From assembly GCA_033442325.1 (NCBI GenBank), contig JAWQFM010000005.1, positions 112,320-176,319 on the forward strand: DNA of 64,000 nt, read 5' to 3'. Every line of letters begins with the position of its first letter. The stretch's first letter is position 1. The DNA comes from Salpingoeca rosetta (taxonomy: Eukaryota; Protista; Choanoflagellata). The position numbers and the translations under genes were made by a program. Positions 33,742-64,000 of the stretch are shown here, in pieces. The notes below the pieces were generated by a model. It saw nothing but the letters and a program-made list of their open reading frames with translations. It had not been told where the DNA came from and searched no databases.

Positions 33742-35709
33742 TCATGTCGTGTATGCTTTGCCGAGCCGCACTTGAATGTTGTCCGCGGTTGACTCGAGAT
33801 GCCTGAGGATGGAGTACATGGAGTTGTGGTTGCCCTGTCCGCGCTTGCCGTTGATCATGAAGCCATCACTCAACGTCTCCACTGTGACACAAAAAACAAT
33901 CACACGTGCATGGCCATGAGGTGGCGGGTTGTGGTCGTTGTGAGTGAGGTGCCATTGTCGACATGCGACCGTGCTCGGAAGCTGATTGTTGATGCGACAC
34001 TGCACACGAACGCCCAGTCTGCAGCCCAAACCTTTGTGATGGACGAATCGCTGGCCCACTTTCATGGAGATGACAAAGTGATTGGGAGGGTCATTGGCCT
34101 TGGTCCTGACCAAGTACGTCCCTGGAAGGGAAGAAGAGGCGCAAGCGCAATGAAATGACAGTCACGCATACATGCTATGAATGAATCACGTGATTCGTGT
34201 CACAGAACGCTGGAAGAACGTGGCAAAGACATCAACCGATCTTGTGCATGTACCATGGGGTGATTCAGTGCTTCAACTGATGTGCACAGGTGAGAGCGGA
34301 AGCGGGTTCGCTCACCGTCACCTCACCATCAGGTTGGGAATTCAGGATCGTCTCTGCTTGGGCGCGTTCCATCACACCCACGTTGCACCGCAGGCCAGAC
34401 GGATCCTGTAGGCATTCAACCGCAGACGCAAAAGCATGTGTTCAAGCGGGGCGTGTGTTATTGTGTGAGTGAGTGCAGCTCAAACTTACATGCAATCTTC
34501 AATTGGTGCGACAGAATGGTGTGTGCTTGCACTCACAGCGACAGTGCAGCTTGCGTCGCACGGGCCAAACACAAATCATGATCCAATCACCGCGTACCTG
34601 AATTGTGGGACGTCGAACATTCTTGTTATCATCTCCGCTGACACTCGCGTACATGGGCGAGCCTGGTTGCTGCGCATTCACGGGGACGTACTGGGGCGCG
34701 TGCGTCGTGCTGCGTGAATCGTCGTGAAGCGCAGCCGCGCTCACGTTCTGGTACACGAAACCAGGATTCTGCACAGGGGACTGTGGCTGTTGTTGCTGCT
34801 GTGGACCCTCATCGACATGTGCATACGTCGAGAAATTGCCCACGGTTGTTGTTGGTGACACCGGCGTGTAGGGAGATGGCGGTACGGGGCACGTGGGGTT
34901 GTCGTACATGGGCGCTGCTTGCTGAGGGGCAATCGGGTTGGGGATGGTGTATCCAACTTGGATGCTCGAAGTCTTGCGTTGCATATTGTCGATGCGAGTC
35001 ATGACCCGATCACGGTGCTTTTCGTCCATCGCTGCTTTGCCATACGTACGGACGATCGCTACGGCAACGAGGATGCCAATGATGAGCCCCCCGATGATCA
35101 TGCCAATGGCGATGGGGAGGTTGGACGCAGCCTGCTTCGAGGTCGAGGATTGCACGGTGAAGAGCTTCGTTTGCCCCGCGGGGACATCGTCCTTGCTGAG
35201 GCGCACAAGGGCCCCGCTCCCGTCAACGCACACCAGCTCAACCACATTGCCAACAAAGTCAATGTCAAGCACATACACCCGCCCGCACGGCCGCGCAACA
35301 TCGTCAAACGCAGCCCGGATCAGCGTCTCCGTCTCCTCCCGCGTCCCGCCAATCCCATCATCGTACAAGATCATCGTCACCTCAGCGCTGCTCGGATACA
35401 CCACGCGCCGCACATGCTGCACCACGCTCTCTCCAGCACCCCGCCCAACCCCAACCTCCACCTCAACATGCGTCCCAGGCACAAACGACGCTCGCCCCTC
35501 ATCAACAACCCACGCATCTCCCTCAGCCCGGCGTCCAGCATTGCTGCCGCTGTTGCTGTTGCTGTTACTGAGGCTTGCTGTGAACGTCTCCTCCACACTC
35601 ACGCTGTCCCCGTTGCCGTCATCATCCCCAACAACAACATCAGGCTCGCGTCGACCCGCCACCTTGCTCTCCGGCTCACGCACAACCACCCGCACAGCAT
35701 GCGCCTCCC
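33742..35709 (-). CDS. Tandem paralogue of the TM-SH2 receptor; 5' part lost in the assembly gap
   Basis: Juxtamembrane ectodomain identical to the neighbour, TM LPIAIGMIIGGLIIGILVAVAIV, Tyr-rich tail. SH2 has the same exon layout: CNVGVMERAQAETILNSQPD|GTYLVRTKANDPPNHFVISMKVGQRFVHHK|VETLSDGFMING..VRLGKAYTT-stop at 33742. Confidence 0.87.
35187..35709. repeat. Direct repeat copy 2 (truncated by the N gap)
   Basis: Matches 29476-29998. Confidence 0.92.
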
Positions 35710-35809
35710 NNNNNNNNNNNNNNNNNNNNNNNNNNNNNNNNNNNNNNNNNNNNNNNNNNNNNNNNNNNNNNNNNNNNNNNNNNNNNNNNNNNNNNNNNNN
35801 NNNNNNNNN
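35710..35809. other. Assembly gap (100 N, probably a placeholder of unknown size)
   Basis: Exactly 100 N, starting inside the duplicated exon. Confidence 1.
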
Positions 35810-35891
35810 ACTGCTGTACTAGTAAGTCACAGCACACCAGCATTCGCCTGCCCTTCCTCGAGATACACATCAACAGGCCCCATCATACTAT

Positions 35892-39996
<4,105 letters not shown>

Positions 39997-40076
39997 CGTT
40001 GTTGTTTGTTTGTGTCTCAATCGCTAACTTACCATCGAATCAATTCACACAATAACAAACATTGCACACACAAAGA

Positions 40077-40160
40077 TCAGCGCATGGTGACCAGTTCTTC
40101 CGACGAGGTGGGGTGGATGGCAACGCACGAGTCAAACTGGGCCTGTGGTGTGTCAGTGTT

Positions 40161-40256
<96 letters not shown>

Positions 40257-40526
40257 TTCGGAGGAGGAATGTCAACTTAGTTTGGCTTGCAGCTGGACTG
40301 CAAGGCAGCATGGCACTTTCAGACCTCTAGCATATCAGCAACAACAACAACAGCAGCAGCAGCAGCAACAGCAACACTCTCAACCACAACGACAACGTTT
40401 CCGCCATGTCCCTTCATCTCCCTTGCATCCCTCACGCTCACCTTTGTTGCGCCCATCTTCATGGCAACGCCAAAGCCCTGCAGCATCTCATCACAGCCAA
40501 GACCAACCATGTGCAGTCCAACAACC

Positions 40527-40610
<84 letters not shown>

Positions 40611-41313
40611 GTGTGTTGTGTTGTGTGAGCGAGAAAGTTGTTCATCGACCAATGCAATTGCCACAGGACAGCATGCGCTGGAGTGCAACGCCGCAACACT
40701 GCACCCCATGTGGTGTGTTCATACCCGCTCCTCGGGGCCGGCGCAGACAAGCTTCATCGCCGTCGTCGTCTTCCGCTCCATCATCGCTGGCAGCGCGCGC
40801 AGGGGTGAAATGAGGTGCGATGAGGTGAGGTGGGGTGTACATTGGGGGAGCGGCTGGGATGAGACAACTACAACCATGCACATACACAGATACACACACA
40901 CACACACAACCATGCACATGCACACACATGCACACATATACATACACATACACACATGTACACACATGCACACACATGGCGCCGTACCGTGGTACATTGG
41001 GGTGAAGCGTGTCTTGTAAATCTTGATGTTGTCGGCACCAAAGGCGTCCTTCGCCTCGTCCTCCGTCATGCCGCACGTGCCCGTTGGCGGATGGCTGAAC
41101 ACCACCGTGGGGATGCACTCAAAGTCCTGCTTCGACTTGGGGTTCGGCTCAAACAGCCGGTGCGCAAGCTTCCGCCCCGTCGCAATCGCAACTGCACCCA
41201 TGCATGTTGGTGTGGTTGAACAATGAGCACAACGCAAGCACATGCACACGTGCTGATCACACGCACACACACGCACGCACATGAGCAGAGTCTCTTTCAC
41301 ATACACTTACTCA

Positions 41314-41376
<63 letters not shown>

Positions 41377-42187
41377 GAGCAGAGTCTCTTTCACACACAC
41401 TTACTCACACACACACACACACATTCACATACACATTCACACACACGCACCGACCGACTGACCTGGGGTGAGCTCGAACTTGCCGCACACATCACCGAGC
41501 GCATACACATTCGCAGCCGACGTCTGCTGCCACTCGTCAACAGCAATGTGGCCCTTGTGCGTCAGCTTCACACCCTACAGACACACCAAAGTGGAAAGCC
41601 GACAGAGGAAGAAAAAGGATGTGTGTATGTGTGTGTGTGTGTTTGTGCGAGTGAGTGTGTGCGTGTGCGAGTGAGAAAGTGTGTGTGTGAGGGCTGTGAT
41701 GACACTTGGAGGACGAGGGAACGGAATTGGACTGGCATATATGCACACTGCACCCATGTCACACCTTCCGTCATCACAGCCACCATCATTGTCATCATCA
41801 CTGCTGTGCGCACGTACCGCCTTGTCGAGGCCGATGTCCGTGAGCGGGCGGCGGCCGATGGCCATCAGCACCGTGTCGCAGCCAGAGATGACGTGCTGCA
41901 ACAGTGAAAACGTGCACATACACACACACACACACACACATGGAGCCGCGCACGCATAAGCACGCACGCACACATGGAGCCGCGCACACACGCACATAAG
42001 CACCACATGAGAGGTAGAAAAGCAATCAGAGGCATGCTTGCAGGCAAGCAACAGGCAAGAGCTCATCAGTGCCATGTTGTGACGCTCACTTCATCCGCCT
42101 TGTCAATCGTGAACTTTGCATTGAGGCCGCCGTCAGTCTTCTCAATGCTGCTGATCTGTACACGCACACGCACACACACACACACAC

Positions 42188-42243
<56 letters not shown>

Positions 42244-42552
42244 ATGCAAGGCGGAGAGCACAGGTGTTAGTGGTCAATGTGTCACTGGCACATGTAACAC
42301 GAAACAACGACACGTTCACACACATGCACACATGACGCGTGGGTGTGACGTACGCAAGAGTTCTTGAGGATCTTGACGCCGGCTTTGGTCATCTCCTCCA
42401 TCACCACTTCCCGGACAAGCGGATCAAACGTCCGCAGGAACTGCCATCGCACGTGCACAAGGCAGGGGGGAAACGGAGGAGGAAGGCATGAGCTGCATGG
42501 CTGAGGAGGGAGGGCGACGACGTTGACGACACGCACGCGCACACAGACACAG

Positions 42553-42585
<33 letters not shown>

Positions 42586-43287
42586 CACACACACACACAC
42601 ACAGACAGACACACACATGCACACACGCACACAGACACACACACACACACATGCACACACACACACCTCCTCGTGTCGGATGCAGAGGGTGACATCGCTG
42701 CCGAGGGCGTTGAGGATGCCGGCCATCTCAATGGCAATGTACCCGGCGCCGCACACGACAGACTTCTTCGGCAGCTCCTCGAGCTCGAAGAACCCGTCGC
42801 TGTTGATCGCGTGCTCGATGCCGGGGACCTGCGGCATGGTCGGAAACCCGCCAGTCGCCACGACAATGTGGTCCGCCGTGTACAGCTGCCCGTCCACGTC
42901 CACCGTCTTGGCGTCCACGAACTTGGCCCTCCCCACAATCTTCTCCACGTTGTCCTTCTCCAGGTTGCTGTCGTAGATGCCGTTAAGCCTTGTGATGTAT
43001 GCATCGCGCTTCCTCTTGATGGTAGCCCAGTCAAACGGCTTGTTTACGGTGACGTCGAACCCATAGTCCTTGGCATCGTGCAGTGCCTCTGCTATTGTTC
43101 CTGCGTAGTACATGATCTTCTTCGGCACGCAGCCCACGTTCACGCAGGTGCTGTGGTGTTTGTTGTGTGTGTGTGCATGTTGGCAACGTGAGCATGTGTT
43201 TGTTTGAATGTAGGTGTGCAATGTCGAATCCATCCAAGCAAGCCGCAGCGGGCACAGACAAACAGACAGGCAGACAGACAGACAGGC

Positions 43288-43320
<33 letters not shown>

Positions 43321-43400
43321 GGCAGACAGGCAGGCAGGCAGGCAGACAGACAGACAGACAGACAGGCAGACAGACAGACAGACAGGCAGACAGACAGGCA

Positions 43401-43438
<38 letters not shown>

Positions 43439-43607
43439 GACAGACACACACACACACGCACACACACACACAAACTCACCCGCCCATACGGCCCATCTCC
43501 ACAACAGCGGCATTGGCGCCCAGCTCTGCAGCACGACGCGCGCAGCCGAGTCCGCCGCTGCCGCCGCCAAGCACCAGCAGGCCAAACCTCCGCACAGCGG
43601 CACTCAT
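40077..43607 (-). CDS. GSR: Glutathione-disulfide reductase, multi-exon
   Basis: FAD-binding [21 protein letters not shown], redox-active GG|[16 protein letters not shown]-binding [43 protein letters not shown]-terminal [19 protein letters not shown]-stop at 40077, with no TrxR-type C-terminal extension. Confidence 0.96.
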
Positions 43608-43852
43608 GCCCTCAAGATCACCCAGCAAGCAACAAGGGTGCAACGTGACAATAACGTGCGTGGTGTTCACAGTGCAGTGTGCGTGTGAATCCTCATCATC
43701 ATCGCTGTTGGTTTTCTTCGTTCACTCTCTTCTCTCTCATTGCTGCTGCTGATGACAAGCAAGACAGACACACACACAGACACAGACGAGCAAGAAGCAA
43801 GTTGAGTTGAAGTGTGTGAGACGTGCTGTAACATAGCGACACGACCACCGCC
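43608..43852. promoter_or_regulatory. Putative bidirectional promoter (GSR / UBR1)
   Basis: Divergent start codons about 245 bp apart; positional inference only. Confidence 0.55.
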
Positions 43853-58994
<15,142 letters not shown>

Positions 58995-59094
58995 CTGGAG
59001 TTGCATGTGCCTACATTCCATTATCGGCGTGCTCTGTCATGATAATCAAATCTTCCACCAATCGTCCCAACTTCAACTGGCAACAGTGACGACG

Positions 59095-59593
59095 ATGGCT
59101 GCTGCGACATGGTCGTGGCTGAGCACTGTGTGCAGTGACACGCCCGTGCTGTCCTTGCACGACTGGCTGGACCAGAACCACAGCACCCACAACAGCCACA
59201 GTACCAACACTGGTCGCGCAGTGAGAAGAAATGACTCTTCCTCCACTTCCGCCACATCGCCTGCGTCTCACCTGCTGCGCAACCATCCAGCGGCACAGCC
59301 GCTCCTCACCTCCATCATGGTCGCGCCAATTCAAGGTGTGCATGTGAGAGAGAGTGAGAGAGTGTGAGTGCATGCCGCTGTGTATGTGTGTGTGTCTCCT
59401 GTGACTTCCTGCTGTGCCGTTGTTGCGCGTTCAAGGCTTACCACCACTCCACACCACCTTCTCATCCATTCACTTTGCCTCTCCTGTGCAGATGCCCCTG
59501 TCTTTGACCAAGCTGCCGCGCGCATGCCTTCGCTGTCTTCGCTTCCATACATCCTCCAGCGCGTTCTCATTGGTGTGTGTATGTGCTTTTGTG

Positions 59594-59624
<31 letters not shown>

Positions 59625-60610
59625 ATTCGATTCACTTCCTCACACACGAGCCATACATGTGTACACATCCGCCCTTGTGTTTGCGATGCAGACCTGTTCG
59701 AGTCGTGCCAGTCGCCCACACATGTGCTGTGCCTCGGATTTCGTCGCTCCACCGGCGGTGATGACAAAGGATCCATCAAGGCTGTTCCGGAAATACAGGT
59801 GTGTTCGTGTGCAAATCACAAGTGTGTGTGTGTGTGTGAACATGCCTTGTGTGCATGTCTGGTGTGCGTCTCAACACGTGCATGCGCAAGATGTTCATGC
59901 ACTGCTGACACTTAATTGCTGGCATACACACTTGTGCCTTAGGCCGTGTTTCCCAACACGCTCCATGCCACGATCAAGAGCAAGCCGTGGCGTGCCCTGC
60001 ATGCCGCCCTCGGTGACTACACCATCTTCTACATCCTCCGCTACATGTTCGTGTTCCAGCGACTCCACAACAACTGCCTCCTGCAGGTCAGTAACGGTTT
60101 GCTTGCTGTTGACAGCTGTGGGCTCCATGAACAAAGTTGGGCCAGCGTGATTTCACGCACTTAATCCTCAATCTGCCAGCAGCAACACTGGCAGTGCTGC
60201 TTCTTTACCTCACCGTCCCTTCAACTGCACTGTCGTTCTCTCGTTCCGTTTCCACAACAGCTGTCTGGCCCGTCTCTCGGCCTCTCTGCGCGATCACAAA
60301 TGCGCATCGAAGACCCAATACGAGCAGACGGCGACGACGACGCCACGTCCTCCCAGCAGCAGCAGCAGCGCGTTTGTGCAGGCAATGACGGCGATGATAA
60401 CAGTGACAGCTGCGAGGAAGGAGGAGAACCCGCAAGCAAGAGAGCGAAGATGCAGGAGGTGCCACAACAACAACAACAACAACAACAACAACTTAAACAA
60501 CAACAACAACTTAAACAACAACAACAACTTAAACAACAACAACTTAAACAACAACAACTTAAACAACAACAACTTAAACAACAACAACAACTTAAACAAC
60601 AACAACAACT

Positions 60611-60646
<36 letters not shown>

Positions 60647-63600
60647 CCGGAGGAGCCGACGACGGAGAAGACGTGGGCGGAGAAAGCAGCAACAGCAGCA
60701 CAGAGGCAGCACTAATGGCAATGTCTCGACATCAGACGCCATCACGCACATGCATGTGGCAGCATCAAGTGCAACAACAGCAACAGCATCAGGGAAAGGC
60801 TTGTTGAATGCGCAACATCGCCACACGTTGATGATCCAGCGATCAAAGATGTTTTACGCATTCAACCTCTCCGAACGCATGCCGGCAGACCACCCATTGC
60901 TGAAGGTGCAAACGTCGTGTATGTGTGTGTGTGTGTCTGTCTGTCTGTCTGTGTCTGCGTGTGCCTGTGTCTGTGTCTGTGTGTTTGCATCTGTGGTCAG
61001 CGCGTGCTCACAATACGACTTACCTTCGTCTTCAATGACTTGCCCTCGCCGTCCTCACCCTCCTGTCGCTGTTTGTTGTCCATGATCAACACCACCACTG
61101 CACAGCATCGCCCCTCTGGCAACGGCACACGCCGCCTTCTCCGCACAATCTTCGCTGGTGGTGGTGGTGGTGAAAACGTCCGGTTGAATCGACGATTGTT
61201 GCAACATGCAGAGACATTCACGCAATTCATCCGCAACGCACACCGCCTGCAGTTCAAGCGGCTGCTCAACAGGTGTGTGTGTGTGTGTGTGTGTGTGCAT
61301 GTGTCTGTGTGTGTATGTGTGTGGTGTGGTGTGTGTGTGCATGTAGTGTGTAGATGAGAAGCTGTTATCAGCTTTGTGCACACCTCCGAGACCTATTGCA
61401 CAGTGCTTACGATGCGCGTACGCTGTGCTGTGTACATTTGGGGTGTCAGGACTGCTCCGTGCACGTGCCGACGACGCCAGCGCCACGAGCACCCCAACGT
61501 GATGCACTGTGGTGATGAGAACAATGATGGTAGTGGTACGGCGGCTGCTGCTGCTGCAGATGATAATGATGATGATGGTGATGATGATGATGACAACAAC
61601 CGGTTTGACGCCTTGCTGGAGGACGACTTTGCGACACAGGTGCGCGCACCCAATGAAACTAAACCCAGTCATTCGCATACTCTTGCTGGTCGTTCTGCTG
61701 CATACCTGTCTCCGCGCTGGTATGCACGATCGATTCACTCGCCCAATACTCACGTGCACGTGTTCAGGATGAGGACAGCAGCGAGGAAGAGGACGACAAC
61801 GTCGGCACGAAAGATACACACATGTGCGCCACCACTGTGAGTGTCACCACCAATAATGGCACCGGCGGCAATACAGCACAGCAGTCGGCCTCAACGTCAC
61901 GCGCACACTCCAAAGTCGTGCACAGGAGCGCAGATATGGAAACGCTGTTATCCAGCACAACTCCGCATCACCAGGTTGGTGTGTGTGTGTGTGTGTGTGT
62001 GTCTATCTGTCTGTCTCACTGCATGTTTTGTCCTCATTCACCAACCTCATCACGTTGTGCTCCTTCTCAGGTCGTGCGATTTGCGTGTGCGTGCGTTCGG
62101 TTCCTCGTCCCGAAGTCCTTGCTGGGATCAAAGCGCAACTGGCGCGTCTTCAACAGACTAGTGAGCGCAGTTGGGTGTGTGTGTGTGTGTGTGTGTTGTC
62201 GTAGCCGAGCTGACATGCACTCTTTATTGTATTTGCTGCCCCATTCCCTCGCACGTCCCCATTCCTTCACAACTTATTCCCCCGTCCCCCTGCAAACACC
62301 ACCGACGATTGCGCGCGGTGCGGTGTTCAGGTCCGCGACATGGTGACCCTGCCGCGATACGCCAGCATCTCGCGCGAGGTGTGCTTGCACGCATTCTCCA
62401 CATCGGCCGTGCCCTGGCTCGCCCCTCCAACTCCAGCAGGTGTGCTGCACGTGGTTGTTGCTGTGGCAGTGCGGTGGTGCATTCGTCCCTTACCCCTTTT
62501 TCTCTGAATGCTTCCACTGCCGATCCTCCACGTCCTGTGTGACTTCAAGCCATATAACCACGTCACCTCCCCACATTTCCACCTTTCCCCTTTTGACATG
62601 CTCGCAACTCTTCCAACTTTCCCCCCCCCCCCTCGTCACCCCCTCCACCCCCACCCCTTCTGTCCAGTGCGCGCGTGTCCGAGCGACCACGCCTTACAGC
62701 GGCACCTCCTACGCACGTGCGTCGTGTGGCTGCTGGAGCACGTGGTGGCGGTGGTGCTGCGGTCCGCATTTTACATCACGGAACGCAGCAAGGACAAGAA
62801 CGCCGTTCTGTTCTATCGCAAATGTCTCTGGCGCGAAATTGACAGGCGCGCTCGCTCCTCGCACCACATCAGGTCGGTATGTGTGTCTGTCTGTCTGTCT
62901 GTGTGTGTGTGTGCGTGTGTGTGTGTGTGTCTGTGTGTGTGTGTGTCTGTCTGTGTGTCTGTGTCTGTCTGTGTGTCTGTGTTGATGACCTTCTTGCGCC
63001 ATGATCTCCATGATTGCAGCTCAATCTAACCTCACACACCCTTCTTCTCGTCCCACCTTTTCCTGTCTGCATCAGGTCGACGTTCACGCAGCTGCTCCGC
63101 CCACACGAGAATTGTGATGACGACGAGAGCAACAACCGGGCCCATTCCAACACCGACGATGACAGCGACGGCATGGGCAATGATGTCAATGCCGATCGCG
63201 CGTGTGCGCGTACAGAGGACGAGGCGTTGGCCAACTCGCTTGGCTTCAGTTTCCTCCGCTTCGTGCCCAAGAAATCCAGTGTTCGACTCATCCTCAACAT
63301 GGGGCGACAAATGAAGGTGTCTTAAATGCCTGCATGCATGCATGTATGTGCCCATGTGCTGTGTTTTTCTTTCGGGATACTTGCTCCTTTCTGCTTCAAT
63401 GCATGCATTTCAACTTCGCCATCATCACCGTCACTACTGTCCGCTTTCCAACCTTCGCCATCCCCACAATCACCATCTCCACACCACCACCACCACCACC
63501 ACCACCACCACCACCACCACCACCGCACCCGTGTCAGAACGAGGCTGGCCGCTCTCTGTCCATCAACAGCGCACTGCAGAACGCCCTCAGCGTCCTCTGG

Positions 63601-63913
63601 TTTGAGAAAAAACGGTGCGTGAGGCGAAAGTGGTTGTTGTGGTGATGATTCTCCTGCTCTCTTTCTTTGCGCAAGATTTTGCACGTTTGTTTTACTTTCC
63701 CTTGAGTTTCCCTCACACGGAAGAACCTTGCCCTTTCCACTTTCCACTGTCTATGGCTCATCACACACACACACACAAACACACACACACTCTCTCTCTC
63801 AGCTCGCCGCAACATGTTGGCGCGTCGCTGTTTGGTGTTGAGGAATTCTTCCCAAAGTACCGCCCGTTTGTCGAACGCTGCAGGAAGCAAGGTGTGTGTG
63901 TGTGTGTGTGTGC

Positions 63914-63958
<45 letters not shown>

Positions 63959-63962
63959 CATG

Positions 63963-64000
<38 letters not shown>
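59095..64000 (+). CDS. TERT: Telomerase reverse transcriptase (TEN, linker, TRBD, start of RT domain); continues off the right edge
   Basis: TEN/GQ: VLSLHDWL..HVLCLGF..|AVFPNTLHATIKSKPWRALHAALGDYTIFYILRYMFVFQRLHNNCLLQ|LSGP. CP-like HRLQFKRLLNR|TAP; QFP VVRFACACVRFLVPKSLLGSKRN; T motif LRSAFYITERSKDKNAVLFYRKCLWREI (~62757-62840); motifs 1/2 LRFVPKKSSVRLILNM (~63254-63301); motif 3 SINSALQN..VGASLFG. Confidence 0.95.
60465..60645 (+). repeat. Coding compound minisatellite (CAA)3-4-CTTAAA, encoding (Q3-4 LK) x8 in the TERT linker
   Basis: Directly visible; ORF 60300..61085 reads [12 protein letters not shown]... Confidence 0.9.

Noticed and set aside
40077-43607. Selenoprotein thioredoxin reductase with UGA read-through
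   Set aside because: The protein ends EELVTMR-TGA as in glutathione reductase, with no GC-U-G tail.
59095-64000. Reverse transcriptase as a retrotransposon or Penelope-like element
   Set aside because: TEN, QFP and T motifs and many spliceosomal introns identify it as cellular TERT; no LTRs, target-site duplications or endonuclease seen.

Overview
Intron-rich eukaryotic DNA. The introns are saturated with (CA/GT)n and other microsatellites and there are three N-gaps. The style strongly suggests a choanoflagellate such as Salpingoeca rosetta, but this is an inference. Reading exons across the repeats gives ten protein-coding loci in order: ABCA transporter (-, 3' end off window), HAD hydrolase (+), kinesin-3/FHA (-), Hrq1-type DEAH helicase with MZB/DUF1998 domain (+), two tandem single-pass receptors with a C-terminal SH2 domain and no kinase (-; the first has an EGF/TNFR/Ig-like ectodomain, the second is cut by a gap), F-box/WD40 (-), glutathione reductase (-), UBR1/2-type N-recognin E3 ligase (+), and telomerase reverse transcriptase (+, 3' end off window). 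Most notable: (1) the UBR1 model has no stop codon and lacks its conserved C-terminal domain, running in frame straight into the TERT start, which is either a real E3-telomerase fusion or a misjoin at a (GT)n tract; (2) the two SH2 receptors share a ~520-bp ectodomain block that is identical by eye but have diverged transmembrane and cytoplasmic tails; (3) many 3' splice sites have CA or GU repeats instead of a pyrimidine tract. Exon boundaries were read by eye and are approximate.
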